This document shows positions 13,952-31,690 of a DNA stretch of 64,000 nt, one piece after another. The DNA is from the human T2T-CHM13v2.0 reference genome, Homo sapiens. The translations under genes and the position numbers were made by a program. Location: NCBI RefSeq assembly GCF_009914755.1, contig NC_060926.1. One strand, given 5' to 3'. The notes beneath the pieces were generated by a model. It was not told the DNA's origin and did no database searches. It saw only the letters and a list, made by a program, of their open reading frames with translations. Numbering within the stretch: position 1 is the stretch's first letter; the number at the start of each line of letters is the position of its first letter.

Positions 13952-16859
13952 ATTTTTAGGGAAATAAGGTTTGTTTCCTGGCTTCTCTTAATATACTGCC
14001 TACAGGTAAATATAGGTATTTACCATAGAACAAAGGTTTATGTCCCTTTTCATGGAAAAGGGAAAGAACTATGACATCCAAACTTATACAAAATGTCATT
14101 GCTAAACAAGCTGTTCTCATTTACATAGCATATAAGGATAATGAAATTAATAAGGGAAAACTAAAAAAGGCATACTATGAACATAAAATATTTTCCATCT
14201 GATATTTCTTACTTTCTAAATATACCACACAGATGTAAAGGCACCTGGATGTCTTAGGAATCAAAATTGTGACCATCTAATGTGGAAATTCAGCATATTA
14301 AACATGTAAAAATGCAATGAGATGTTTCCCTGCAGCTGTTTCTGATGCACAGTTCATTGTCTGTCTCAATTAGAAACTCATCTTTTGCAGTACCATTTCC
14401 TTCTCTGTGGTTGATTTGATCAAACATCCTATTGTGTAAGCCAAAAACATAGCTTTACCAAATCAGCCATAGTATTGTTTAAAACTCATCATTCATTACA
14501 CTATTCTTCATCAAAGCTTATGCTACTAATATCTGTGAAGAAAAACTGAATCTCAAATGAAGATTTTCAAATCCACTTGACTAGAAGTAGTCTGGGAACA
14601 GAGCTTTTCCCCCCCATTTTTTATACTTTTTAAAGACAAAATGATTCGGTCTTGTATGGATCATGACAATACCAAACAGATGCAAATAAATATTAAAGTA
14701 ATATATTTTAGCATTGGATCACAGCCCAAATTCTTTGCCCCAGAAAATTACACAAATGCTCTAGTGTGCATGTGGTTTACATTTAAGGTGTAATGAACTG
14801 TTCAAATAGAGAAGGGCAGGCAACCATATTAAAAATAAACATCAAATTTTAACAAAGACACATCCACTTAGTTTGCAAATAGCACTAATGGTTTCAGTTT
14901 ATTGCAGCCACTCTGGCATATAGCATCTTTGGTGAAACCCAATTTCTAATTTCAGAGTTCACAGTGAATCTGGAAAGGCTGCTATGTATAATTCTTTCAT
15001 GGAGTAATTGTTTAACTGTGATCACATTGCCAGAGTGAGCACAGTCTCTAACGAGAGGCTAGAAATAAGAGTAAAATAGGAAAACAAATGGTATATAAGT
15101 ACCCAAGACCGTGTAACCAAGACCACTGATTCAGAAGTCAGTCACAATCTATTTGTGACATGCATCATTATAATAGCACTTACTGACTAGTATTGTAATA
15201 CCCTGCTCTTGGTTCTGATGCTATCATGTTACACAGCTCTATTGAGAAAGCCTGAGAAGAAACAGAAAGAATGTACTCTTCCCATATTACTTTAGGTTTC
15301 AAGGCACCAGCAAGGCATATTTCAAATGCTTGTAACTCATATGCACACATCTGCAAACACACACACTCTGCAAGCTTGGTGTTTGCCATCTTTGTTTATA
15401 ATGACAAATATGCCCTGCTTTTTGCCTCAATAAGTGGGTCTTTGAAACCAGGGAAATAATCTTGATTCTCAGCCCAAAGAAAGGCTGGGATGTTGTCTTT
15501 GCAAAAGATCAATGAGTGGAATCTATTGTTCCAGTAAACCCCTATGTTCTAGTTTACAGTTATAAACCATAAACTATTAACTTCTCCTGGAGTCTTTCAA
15601 GATTCAGCTGATAAAATGACAACCACTCTTGAAATGAAACAGCCAATTCCTGATTTTGACATTGGTTAGAGTTCTGTCTTGGCAACACCACCTCCCTCTT
15701 TGCTTGCTAGAGACCGAGGGAGCAATTGTGTCACCCATTTGGGCTGACCAACGGATGAGTGGCAGGATTCCAACTTTGCAGAAATGATGTGAGAAACTTA
15801 AAGCAAAGAAACTAGGTGGAATTATCCCTCCAGGTTGTCTAACACCAGTCAGTACATTAATTAAATCTTCAAATTAGTTACTGACACCGATATTTTTTTC
15901 TGTTATAATGGTCATTAAGGTGAACCTGAATTTGCTATAATATCAAAATGTTTCCAAATCCCTTCTTAGGTTCTTATATTTCTCACAGATTTTCATTTCT
16001 AAAAGTCAGATGCTATTTTTCACTTGCCCGTTGAGTGAGACTTTTCTCAACTATCTGAAACTTCCCTGGTTTCCAAAAACTTGCAGTTTCACACACACAA
16101 AAAATCGTGAACACAAATTTACAAAAGAGATTTGCGAAAAAGAAAGACAAAAATGGAATAAAATGTAATCAGTTACCTAAGATGAATTTAACATCTGTAA
16201 CTTTCTTTGAACCACTTTTTGCGGGCTCGTTCACTGAAGGGTTTTGCAGAAAGATGGAGCTGACCTAGTTGTCCTGGGGTTGCTTCCTGGCATACCTGAT
16301 TTTCACATATCCTGTAAGGAGTTGGCATTGTCTCAGGCAAGAAATTCTATTATTTACCGTCCTTCTGAGGAATTTTGCATTTTACAAAGAGGAGGAAACT
16401 CTAGGGGCTTTTACAAGTGCTGAACACACTTGGGGCCACCAGGAAAAGAACAAGAACAAGGGTTAAAGGAAGTTAAAAGCCTGTGGGTGGGTGGTTAAAA
16501 AAAATCTGAAAAGGTCAGTTTAAAGTACAGGCAGGAAAAATAGAAAAATAAGAATCCCTACAGAAATCTTACAGTAATATTGGGAAACTCATTTATAGTG
16601 AAAGGAATGAACGAAGTCCACCTGGTTATTACTGGAAGTGGAAAAAATATTTTAATCTACTTGCTGTTTATTAAAATTGTCTTACAGCCCATGCCTAATT
16701 TTCTGTTTTTTAATGACTAAAGTAATATGTGCATTAAACCAAATTCCAACAATATGTGTGTTAAAAATATTGCTTTTCACTCTTGTACTTTTCATTTTTA
16801 ATCTTCCCCACTCTTCCTCATTTTAATAACTATAATAACTATAAAAATTCTTCCTATAA

Positions 16860-17014
16860 TCTTGCTACTCAAAGCATGGTCCTTGAATCAGCAGCATTGG
16901 CATCCTGCGAGTTTAGTAGAAATAGAGAATTTTAGGCTAGATCTGTTGAATTGGAATCTGCATTTTAACAAGATCCGTCGTCATTTATATGCTGATTAAA
17001 GTTAGGAAGTACTG
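16860..17014. mobile_element. MER5A (hAT-Charlie)
   Basis: tgctactcaaagcatggtcc...cagcagcattggcatc...gaatctgcattttaacaagatcc...aaagttaggaagtactg. Confidence 0.75.
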
Positions 17015-17577
17015 TCCTGTAACACTGAAATTTCACTTGCTTGACTCTATCCTATAGAAACACTAGCACATGTGTGTGTATGTGTATGTATGAGAGGGAG
17101 AGAGATATTTATAACAGCAAAAAATTAGAAACAATGAAAATGTCTACTAGCAGGGAAAAAATAAATAAATTATGATATAGTCACGAAGTGGAATGCATTG
17201 CAGAGTGACTTCTTCCTTTCAGTCTTAGTCATTTATCATCCAGCTGATGCTTTTGGGCCTATCTTTTCCTAATCAAGAGACCCGCCAACATGTTTTACTA
17301 AATGGAATAAGATCTACCATAAAGACATGCTATTTAAATTCTTTAGGGATGAACGTATCTAGAGTTAAGTTTTTCAATAACTTTTAAAAATATTGTATAT
17401 TATACTACACATTATAATTTGTAGATTATATAACACATAAACATATATTACACAATAAATTAAACAAACGGTAAATATCCATCTAGTATCTCTTGCATCC
17501 TTCACTTTCCCCATTTATCCCCAGTTGCTGCCCATTAGCTGACCAAGCATCGTAGAGGTTGACTCAGTTCATTTCAA

Positions 17578-18041
17578 AGGGACACAGACCTGCTCCCAAA
17601 TCCGAAGGTGTGAAAGAACCAGAGTGCGTGATCTGTCCGCTAGGGAAGACCTGTTGTCTTCCAGCAGTGCTTCAGTTGTTGCTACCTGGAGTCATGTTGA
17701 ATCATGGGCATCTATGCAGCCTAATCTATATTGCCCATAATTGCAAGACTGCCACTACTGGGCCTCAACCTTGTCTGGACCACAGGGATACTCGCAGGGC
17801 ACTTAATCCCACTCCCCTTCTACGTGGTTTCCATGGGTTTCTCGTCAAAGGCTTAGCCACTACTCCTAAAGTACATTTACTGTATCTGAGTGACTGAGTT
17901 AGGAAGAGGAGCACCTGGTTCAATAATGAATCCAGGTAGCAACAACTGAAGCAATGATGGGAGAGAACAGGACTTCCCTAGCGACTGATCACATAACCTG
18001 TTCTTTCTCAACTTGCCATTTGGGAGTACGTCTGTCTCCCT
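17578..18041. repeat. Long imperfect inverted repeat (arms 17578-17709 and 17911-18041, 201-nt spacer)
   Basis: Arms align by hand at about 80% identity with a perfect 23-bp core tgcttcagttgttgctacctgga / tccaggtagcaacaactgaagca. Confidence 0.95.
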
Positions 18042-19493
18042 AACCACATGCTGTTCTGTGGCTATATATTTGTAGACAAAAACGCTACAGGAGAGAACAG
18101 CCTCCAAAGAGATACTTTAACTCACTGATTCTCAACCCTACATTACCTAGGGATCTTTATATAATGCTGACAGCCAGGTCCAACCCCCTGAGATCCTGAT
18201 CCAATTGGGCTGCATTAAAAAACATTTAAAATGATTTTATTTAATCATCAGAATAACTACAGAGGAATAGGGATGAAGAATTGAAGGACTTAAAAACCTC
18301 AGAATGAATGCCCAAGTCTCCTGCCTATAGGGGCCTTGCTATTCCGCCACTCACTCCCTTGCTTTGCAATGAGACGTAAAGTTCAAGCACCAGAATGTTG
18401 CTGAGCTCTGGTATGGATTTGAGCACCTGGATTTGTCTGTTTTAGGATGGTGCTCGGAAGTGTGACTGACATACAGCATACCTTACAAGCTGGAAGGGTC
18501 TGGATTCTCCATTCAGATCACAATTTGAGACCCATCAGACACTCCTTCTGGGAGAGAGGAAAAAGCACACTGTTCAATACTTTGTCTTAAAATGTAAAGT
18601 TAATGGAGCAGCCTGACTAATATAATGAATTTATTTTGAACTATAACATACTGTTTGATATGTTAGAATGAATTTTAAATTAGCTACAGTAAACAGCAAA
18701 GAAATGTACTAAGTTCATTCTAGAAACAGCTTTTAAAAAATAACCAGAATAATTTTTCAGTTTTATATGGAATTCAGATACCAGTAGAAGGAGCTATTGT
18801 TGGATGGTTCAGTTGTATGATTAGATGCTCTTTTGGACAGGATCTGTGAGCACTGGATGTAGATTACTAAGCCATTTACAATTCATTACTGCATTATAGG
18901 TATTAATATCACTTTCATTTTTATCACATCTTGGGGCCAAAAATTTTTTTAAAAGGTCATTTAGCTTTCAGAAACCTATGAATTATGGTGAAAGCATTGT
19001 TCTTTCTCTGACTTTAATGTGCTCATTTAGAGAAAAGTTACAGGAAAATACTTTCACTTAAGCTCTGAATCTGACCCTCCTGTAATCCCTCACATAAAAT
19101 AACTTGTCATTAATGACTTCTTGTATTCTCTGTGCTCATTGCTGATTACATAAATATTTTCTTAACTTACAATAGCATTCAGAGTAAAAGGATGTTTATC
19201 GTTTTTAGAATAATAAAACTCCAATTGTAAAAACTCAGGGACTGACTCATCAGAACGATTTAAGATTAGAATTCTTGAATCAATCAGAGAGGACAAGGAG
19301 AATTTACCTGCTAAGTGTCAAGCACAGAAAACAGAGACATTTGGTTTTCATTCTAACAAGAATAAAATAAAATGTTGACCTGTTGCCTTGTTGGGTGACT
19401 TTCAAAAGATACCTAAGGTGAGAAAGTGGTTAATGATCAGAACATTTTAACTATAGTAGGAGAGAAAACTTTGTTTAAAAATGTGAGGGACTC

Positions 19494-19782
<289 letters not shown>

Positions 19783-19879
19783 AAAAATGTGAAGGACTCA
19801 AGCACAGCACTTCTCTAACTAGCTGCTAATTATTTATTCCCCATTTCATTTTCATTACTTAAGAATCAAAGAAAATAAT

Positions 19880-22800
19880 ATTTTATTTGTTTTTTATTTT
19901 GTGTATTTTTAATTTTTGTGGGTATATAGTAGGTGTATATATTTATGGGGTACATGAGATGTTTTGATACAGGAATGCAATGTGTAATAATCATGTCATG
20001 GAAAATGGGGTATCCTTCCCTCAAGCTTTTATTCTTTGTGTTACAAACAATCCAATTATGTTCTTTAGTCATTTTAAAATGTCTAATTAAATTATTATTG
20101 GCTATAGATACTCTGTTGTTCTATCAAATACTAGGTCTTATTCATCTTTTCTAGCTAATTTTTTTGTACCCATTAACTATCCTTGCCTCCCCACCAACAG
20201 CTCTCTACCCTTTTCAGCCTCTGGTAACCATCCTACTCTCTATCTCTATGAGTTCAATTGTTTTGATTTTTAGATCCTATAAATAAGTTGGAACATGCAG
20301 TGTTTGTCTCTCTGTGCCTGCCTTATTTCACCTAACGTAATGATCTCCGGTTCCATCCATGTTGTTGCAAATGACAGGATCTCATTCCTTTTTATGGCTG
20401 AATAGTACTCCATTGTGTATATGTACCACCTTTTCTTTATTCATTCATCTGTTGATGGACACTTAGGTTGCCTTCAAATTGTGGCTATTGTGAACAGTGC
20501 TGCAACAAACATGGGAGTGCAGCTATTTCTTCAGTATGCTGATTTGCTTTCTCTTGGGTGTGTACCCACCAGTGGGATTGCTGGATCACATGGTAGCTCT
20601 ATTATTAGTTTTTTGAGGAACCTCTAGACTAGTTTTTTTATTTTTATTTTTTGAGACGGAGTTTCGCTCTTTTACCCAGGCTGGAGTGAAGTGACGCAAT
20701 CTTGGCCCACTGCAACCTCTGCTCTCTGGGTTCAAGCGATTCTCCTAACTCAGCCTCCCAAGTAGCTGGGATTATAGGTGTCCACCACCATGCCCGGCTA
20801 ATTTTTTGTATTTTTAGTACAGACGGGGTTTCACCGTGTTGGCCAGGCTGGTCTCAAACTCCTGAACTCAGGTGATCCACCCACCTCAGCCTCCGAAAGT
20901 GCTAGAGTTACAGGTGTGAGCCACCATGCCTGGCCCAAACTGTTCTTCATAGTGGTTGTATTAATTTACATTCCCACCAAGAATGTATGAGGGTTTCCTT
21001 TTCTCTGCATCCTTGCCACCATTTATTATTGTCTGTCTTTTGGATAAAAGCCATCTTAACTGAGGTGAGATGATATCTCATTGTAGTGTTGGTTTGCATT
21101 TCTCTGACGATCGGTGATGTTGAGCACCTTTTCAAATGCCTCTTTGCTATTTGTATTCTTCTTTGGAGAAATGTCTATTCAAATCTTTGTCCATTTTTAA
21201 AATTGGATTATTAGATTTTTTCCTATAGAGTTGTCTCAGCTCCTTATGTATTCTGATTATTAATCTCTTGTCAGATGAGTAGTTTGCAAATATTTTCTCC
21301 CGTTCTGTGGGTTTACTTTTCACATTGTTGATTGTTTCCGTCAATCTTATTAGTCAAGAAATTTTTGCTCAGACCAATGTCCTGGAGAGTTTCACCAATT
21401 TTTTTTCAGTAGTTTCATAGTTTGAGGTCTTAGATTTAACTTTTTAATCCATTTTCATTTTATTTTTGTCTATGGTGAGAGTTAAGGGTCTAGTTTCATT
21501 CTTCTGCATATGGATATCCAGTTTGCCCAGCACCATTTATTGAAGAGACTGTTCTTTCTCAAGTATGTGTTCTTGGTGCCCAGTGAATGTTCTTGGTGTA
21601 TGTTAAAAATGAATTCACTGTAGGAGTGTGGATTTATTTCTTGATTCTCTGTTCTCTTCCATTGGTCTGTGTGTCTGTTTTCATGCCAGTACCATGTTGT
21701 TTTGATTACTATGGCTCTGCGGTATAATTTGAAGTCAGGTAATATGATTCCTCCAGTTTTGTTCTTTTTGCTCAAAATAACTTTGGCTATTCTGGGTCTT
21801 TTGTGGTTCCATAAAAATTTTAGGACTGGTCTTTCTGTTTCTGTGGAGAATGTCATTGGTATTTTGATAGAGATTGCATTGAATCTGTAGATTGCTGTAG
21901 ATAGTATGGACATTTTAACAATATTGATTCTTTCAATCCATGAACACAGAACACTTTTCCCTTTTTTTGTGTCTTCTTCCATTTCTTTCAGCAATGTTTC
22001 ATAGTTTTCACTGTAGAGATTTTTCACTTCTTTGGTTAATTCCTAGGTACTTAATTTTATTTGTGGCTATTATAAATGCGATAAGTTTTTAAATTTCTTT
22101 TTCTGATTGTTCCCTGTTGGCATACAGAAATGCTACTGATTTTTGTATGTTGACTCTGTATCCTGCAACTTTACTGAATTTATTGATCAGTTCTAATAGT
22201 TTTTTAATGGAGTCTTTAGGTTTTTCCAAATTTAAGATCATATCATCTGTAAATAAGGATAATTTGACTTCTTCCTTTTCAATTTAAATGCCATTTCTTT
22301 CTTTCCTTTGTGTAATTGCTCTATTTAGGACTTCCAGTACTATGCTGAATAACAGTGGTAAAAGTGGGTATTCTTGTCTTATACAAGGTCTTAGAGAAAA
22401 GGCTTTCATTTTTTCCCCATTGAGTGTGATACTAGCTGCAAGTCCTTTTTATGTGGCTTTTACTGTGTTGTGGTATACCCAGTTTTCTGAGGGTTTTTTT
22501 TTTTAATCATGAAGAAACATTGAGTTTTATCAAATGCTTTTTCAATGTCAATTGAAATGATCATATGGTTTTTGTCCTTCATTCTGTGGGCATGATGTAT
22601 CACATTGATTTGTATAAGTTGAACCATCCTTGCATCCCTGAAATAAATCCCAGTTGATCATGATGAATGATCTTTTTAATGTGTTGTTGAACTTGGTTTG
22701 CTAGTATGTTTTTGAGGATTTTTGCATCAATATTCATCAGAGATATTGGCCTGTGTTTTCTTTCTTTGATGTGTCTTTATCTGTTTTCAGTATCAGGGTA

Positions 22801-23364
22801 ATATTGTTCTTGTAGAATGAGTTTGGAAGTGTTCCCTCCTCCTCTATATTCCAGAGTAGTTGGAGTAGCATTGGTATTAGTTCTTTAAATGTCTGGTAGA
22901 ATTTAGCAGTGTAGCCATCAGGCCCTGGACTTTTCTTTCCTCGGGGACTTTTTATTATGGTTTCAATCTCTTTACTTATTATTGGTCTGTTCAGGTTTTA
23001 GATTTCTTCCTGATTCAATCTTGGTAGGTTGTATGTGTCTAGGAATTTTTCCATTTCTTCTAGATTTTCCAAATTTTTGACATATAGTTGCTCATGGTAG
23101 CCACTTATGAGCCTTTGAATTTCTGCAGTATCAGTAGTCATGTCTCCTTTTCCATTTCTGATTTTGTTTATTTGGATCTCCTCTTGTCTTTCCCTAGTTA
23201 GTCTGGCTAAAGGTTCATCAATTTTGCTTAACTTTCCAGAAAACTAACTTCTTGTTTCATTTTTTTTGTATTCTTTTCAATTTCATTTATTTTTGCTCTG
23301 ATCTTATTATTTCTCTTCTTCTACTAATTTTGGGTTTGATTTGATTTTTCTTTTCTAGTTCTTT
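19880..23364 (-). mobile_element. L1MA1/2-like element, 3' portion
   Basis: L1MA-type 3' UTR (gtaggtgtatatatttatggggtacatgagatg); minus-strand ORF2-like ORFs 20947-22027. Confidence 0.88.
20633..20935 (-). mobile_element. Alu (AluSp/Sq-like) inside L1MA
   Basis: Full antisense Alu from ttttgagacggagtttcgctc to ccaccatgcctggcc. Confidence 0.95.
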
Positions 23365-23582
23365 TATTTTTATTTTTTATTATACTTTAAGTTCTAGGGT
23401 ACGCATGCACAACGTGCAGGTTTGTTACATATGTATACATGTGTCATGTTGGTGTGCTGTACCCATTAACTTGTCATTTACATTAGGTATATCTCCTAAT
23501 GCTATCCCTCACCACTCCCCCAACCCCATGGCAGGCCCGGGTGTGTGATGTTTCCCACCCTGTGTCCAAGTGTTTTCATTGT

Positions 23583-27394
<3,812 letters not shown>

Positions 27395-27457
27395 TATGAT
27401 GTTAGCTGGTTATTTTGCTCATTAGTTGATGCAGTTTCTTCCTAGCATTGATGGTCT

Positions 27458-28484
27458 TTACAATTTGGCATGTTTTTGCAGTGGCTGGTACTGGTTGTTC
27501 CTTTCCATGTTTAGTGCTTCCTTCAGGAGCTCTTGTAAGGCAGGCCTGGTGGTGACAAAATCTCTCAGCATTTGCTTGTCTGTAAAGGATTTTATTTCTC
27601 CTTCACTTATGAAGCTTAGTTTGGCTGGATATGAAATTCTGGGTTGAAAATTCTTTTCTTTAAGAATGTTGAATATTGGTCCCCACTCTCTTCTGGCTTG
27701 TAGAGTTTCTGCTGAGAAATCAGCTGTTAGTCTGATGGGCTTCCCTTTGTGGGTAACCCGACCTTTCTCTCTGGTTGCCCTTAACATTTTTTCCTTCATT
27801 TCAACTTTGGTGAATCTGACAATTATGTGTCTTGGAGTTGCTCTTCTTGAGGAGTATCTTTGCGACGTTCTCTGTATTTCCTGAATTTGAATGTTGTCCT
27901 GCCTCACTACGTTGGGGATGTTCTCCTGGATAAAATGCTGGAGAGTGTTTTCCAACTTGGTTCCATTCTCTCCGTCACTTTCAGGTACACCAATCAGACA
28001 TAGATTTGGTCTTTTCACATAGTCCCATATTTCTTGGAGGCTTTGTTTGTTTCTTTTTACTCTTTTTTTCTCTAAACTTCTCTTCTCACTTCATTTCATT
28101 CATTTGATCTTCAGTCACTGATACCCTTTCTTCCACTTGATCAAATCAGCTACTGAAGCTTGTGCATGCATCACATAGTTCTCGTGCCATAGTTTCCAGC
28201 TCCATCAGGTCATTTAAGGACTTCTGTACACTGTTTATTCTAGTTAGCCATTTGTCTAATCTTTTTTCAAGGTTTTTAGCTTCTTTGCGATGGGTTCGAA
28301 AATTCTCCTTTAGCTCGGAGAAGTTTGTTATTACCGATCATCTGAAGTCTTCTTCTCTCAACTCATCAAAGTCATTCTCCATCCAGCTTTGTTCCATTGC
28401 TGTCAAGGAGTTGCATTCCTTTGGAGGAGAAGAGGCACTCTGATTTTTAGAATTTTCAGCTTTTCTGCTCTGGTTTCTCCCCAT
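27458..28484 (-). pseudogene. L1 ORF1p, disrupted
   Basis: ATG at 28484 (atggggagaaacc); only 27458-28018 is open (RPNLCLIGVPE, YPAKLSF). Confidence 0.9.
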
Positions 28485-29059
28485 CTTTGTGGTTTTATCT
28501 ACCTTTGGTCTTTGATGATGGTGATGTACAGATGGAGTTTTGGTGTGGATGTCCTTTCTGTTTGTTAGTTTTCCTCCTAACAGTCAGGACCCTCAGCTGC
28601 ATGTCTGTTGGAGTTTGCTGGAGGTCCACTCCAGACCCTGTTTGCCTGGGTATCACCAGCGGAGGCTGCAGAACAGCAAATATTGCAGAATGGCAGATGT
28701 TGCTGCCTGATCCTCCCTCTGGAAGCTTCGTCTCAGAGGTGCACCCAGCTGTATGAGGTGTCAATTGGCCCCTAGGGGGACATGTCTCCCAGTTAGGCTA
28801 CTCGGGGGTCAGGGACCCACTTGAGGAGGCAGTCTGTCCATTCTCAGATCTCAAACTCCATGCTGGGAGAACCACTACTGTCTTCAAAGCTGTCAGACAG
28901 GGATGTTTAAGTCTGCAGGAGTTTCTGTTGCCTTTTGTTCAGCTATGCCTTGTCCCCAGAGGTGGAGTCTACAGAGGCAGGCAGGCTTCCTTGAGCTGTG
29001 GTGGGCCCCACCCAGTTCGAGCTTCCCAGCAGCTTTGTTTACCTACTCAAGTCTCAGCA

Positions 29060-29323
29060 ATGGGGGATGCCCCTCCTTGAGCCTCACTGCTGCCTTGCAG
29101 TTCAATCTCAGACTGCTGCGCTAGCAGTGAGCGAGCTTCCATGGGCGTCGGACCCTCTGAGCCATGCACAGGATATAATCTCCTGGTGTGCCATTTGCTA
29201 AGGCCATTGGAAAAGTGCAGTATTAGGGTGGGAGTGTCCCGATTTTCCAGGTGCCGTCTGTCATGGCTTCCCTTTGCTAGGAAAGGGAATTCCCTGACCC
29301 CTTGCGCTTCCTGGGTGAGGTGA
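29060..29323 (+). pseudogene. L1 ORF0 homolog (antisense 5' UTR ORF) with early stop
   Basis: ATG GGG GAT GCC CCT CCT TGA, then in-frame ...ISDCCAS...MGVGPSEP...IRVGVSRFSRC. Confidence 0.7.
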
Positions 29324-29487
29324 TGCCCTGCCCTGCTCCGTGGCCTGCACCCACTGTCTGACAAGCCCCAGTGAGATGAACCTGGTATCTCAGTTGGAAA
29401 TGCAGAAATCACCTGTCTTCTGCGTCGCTCATGCTGGGAGCTGCAGACTGGAGCTGTTCCTATTTGGCCATCTTAGAACTTCCCCCC

Positions 29488-30522
29488 CTTTTCTAGTTCT
29501 TTAAGATGCATTGTTAGGCTGTTTATTTGAAGATTTTCTTCTTCTTTATGTAGGGACGTATAGTTATAAACTCCCCTCTTAGTACTGCTTTTGCTGTATT
29601 CCATAGGTTTTGGTATGTTGTGTTTCCTTTATCATTTGTTTCAGGAAATTTTTCAATATATTTCCTAATTCTTTATTGACTTGCTGGTCATTTAGGTACA
29701 CATTGTTTAATTTCCATGTATTTGTATAGTTTCAAAGTTCCTCTTGTTATTGATTTTTAGTTTTATTCCACTATGGTCAGAAAAGATGCTTGATATTATT
29801 TCAAGATTTTTTCAATGTTTTAAGACTTATTTGGGATTTAAAATATGGTCTTTCCTTGAGAATGATTCATGTGCTGAGGAAAATAATGTGTAGTCTGCAG
29901 TCATTTGATGAAATGTTCTGTAAATGTCTATTAGGTCCATTTAGTCTATAGCGCAGATTAAGTCCAATGTTTCTTTGTTAATTTTCTGTCTGGAAGATCT
30001 GTCTAATGCTGAAAGTAGGGTGTTGAAGTCTCCAGCTATTATTATATTGGGGCCTGTCTCTCTCTTTAGCGCTAATAATATTTGCTTTACATATCTGTGT
30101 GCTCTAGTGGTGGGTGCATATACATTTATAATTGCTATATCTACTGCTGAATTGACCCCTTTATCATTATATAGTGACCTTCTTTGTCTCTTCTTATAGT
30201 TTTTATCTTAAAAACTATTTTGTCTGATATAAGTATAGCCAATCCTGATCTTTTTTGATTTCCATTGACATGGAATATCTTTCCATATCTTTATTTTCAG
30301 TCTATGTGTGTCTTTATTGATGAAATGTGTTTCTTATAGACAATAGACCATTGTGTCTTGTATTTTTAAATATATTCAGTCACTCCATGTCTTTTGATTG
30401 GAAAGTTTAATTCATTTACATTTAATGTCACTATTGATAAGTAAGGACTTACTCCTGCCATTTTGTTATTTGTTTTCTGGTTGCTTTGTGGTCCCCTCTC
30501 CCTTCTTTCTTTCCTTCCTGTC
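29488..30522 (-). mobile_element. L1MA1/2-like host, 5' continuation (endonuclease region)
   Basis: Resumes colinearly after the TSD (ctagttctttaagatgcattgttagg). Confidence 0.85.
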
Positions 30523-31690
30523 TAGAAGGAGCCAATATTTAACATAAGAGAGATTAGAGGGTGGATTGATTTGATGAACATTCAATTTTATTTCAGCATC
30601 TGGGAGCATTACAGAATTATTTGGTTGTCAGTATGTATAATTCTAGAATTTGATCACATGAATATTATAATCATAATACATTAAAGGAAACATTAATAAA
30701 GAGAAGTTGACAGCATAATATTTATTGGAAATCGAATTCAAACCAGGCAGCTTCTGGTTCAAATGATTACTTAGACAGGAGTTGTGATCTGTGCTCATCT
30801 TGGCTTAAGACCATTACATTTCCTAAAATAAGTATCTAAGAACATTTTGCTTGTGATGAACATTTACACTGAAATATATATTATGGAAAATATTTTTTGC
30901 ATCATAAATCAATAATGAAATAGCCTAATTCTCATTGATCTGTGGCTAAATGGAAAGTGGGCCACAGCTGGAGACATGCGCATAGAAAAACCTGAAGCCT
31001 CCTGGATCTCGTGGGTTGTCACTTCACAGAGAATGTTTCTGGGCAGGAGCTTTCTCTTTTCTGGGGTTCCTATATCTAGGGAATGTGAGATGAACTCAAA
31101 GAAAGCATACACTCTTGTCACTTTTAAAGATCCAAGGTTAATCAAGTCAATAGACTATACTGAAAGAAGACACTGAATCTTTACTGAGTTTCTATTAGTT
31201 AATAATGAAGAATGATTAATAAACTCTCAGATGTCAGGTTTGTGAATATTTTTAAGCAATGCTTTCTTTTGTGGAACATTTTACCATGAGTAAGAAAGAG
31301 TAATTCCCTTAAATAATCTATTAGCAGCAAAAAAGCAAACCAAAAATTAGCAAAGAATGGTAACAATAACTATGATGTCTCAGTCTAATTCTGTTAAGAG
31401 ACAGATTTAGTATGCTCCAAGGCCAGAGAACAACTTGAAACAAAAGAAACCATAAAAACACAGTCCCCAAACTGTAAGAAGACCCTAAAAACTCATTCTT
31501 CAAAAGCCATTTTGCAGGTCTATGGCTAGCCCAGAGAAGGCAGAGCACAAGCTTTGGCGTCAGGTAGAGCAGCAGAGGTTTAAATTCGATGTCTCACAGA
31601 TAGTGGCTGTGTAACCTTAGGCAAGTTAACACACTGAGGATAATTTGTTTGTTTCCAAAGTGAGGATGATAGTGAAATTAGAATAATGTG

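Noticed and set aside
17559-18107. Two opposite-strand ORFs sharing LQLLLPG as paralogous peptides
   Set aside because: The similarity is a by-product of the DNA inverted repeat; non-ATG starts, indels between arms and no coding evidence.
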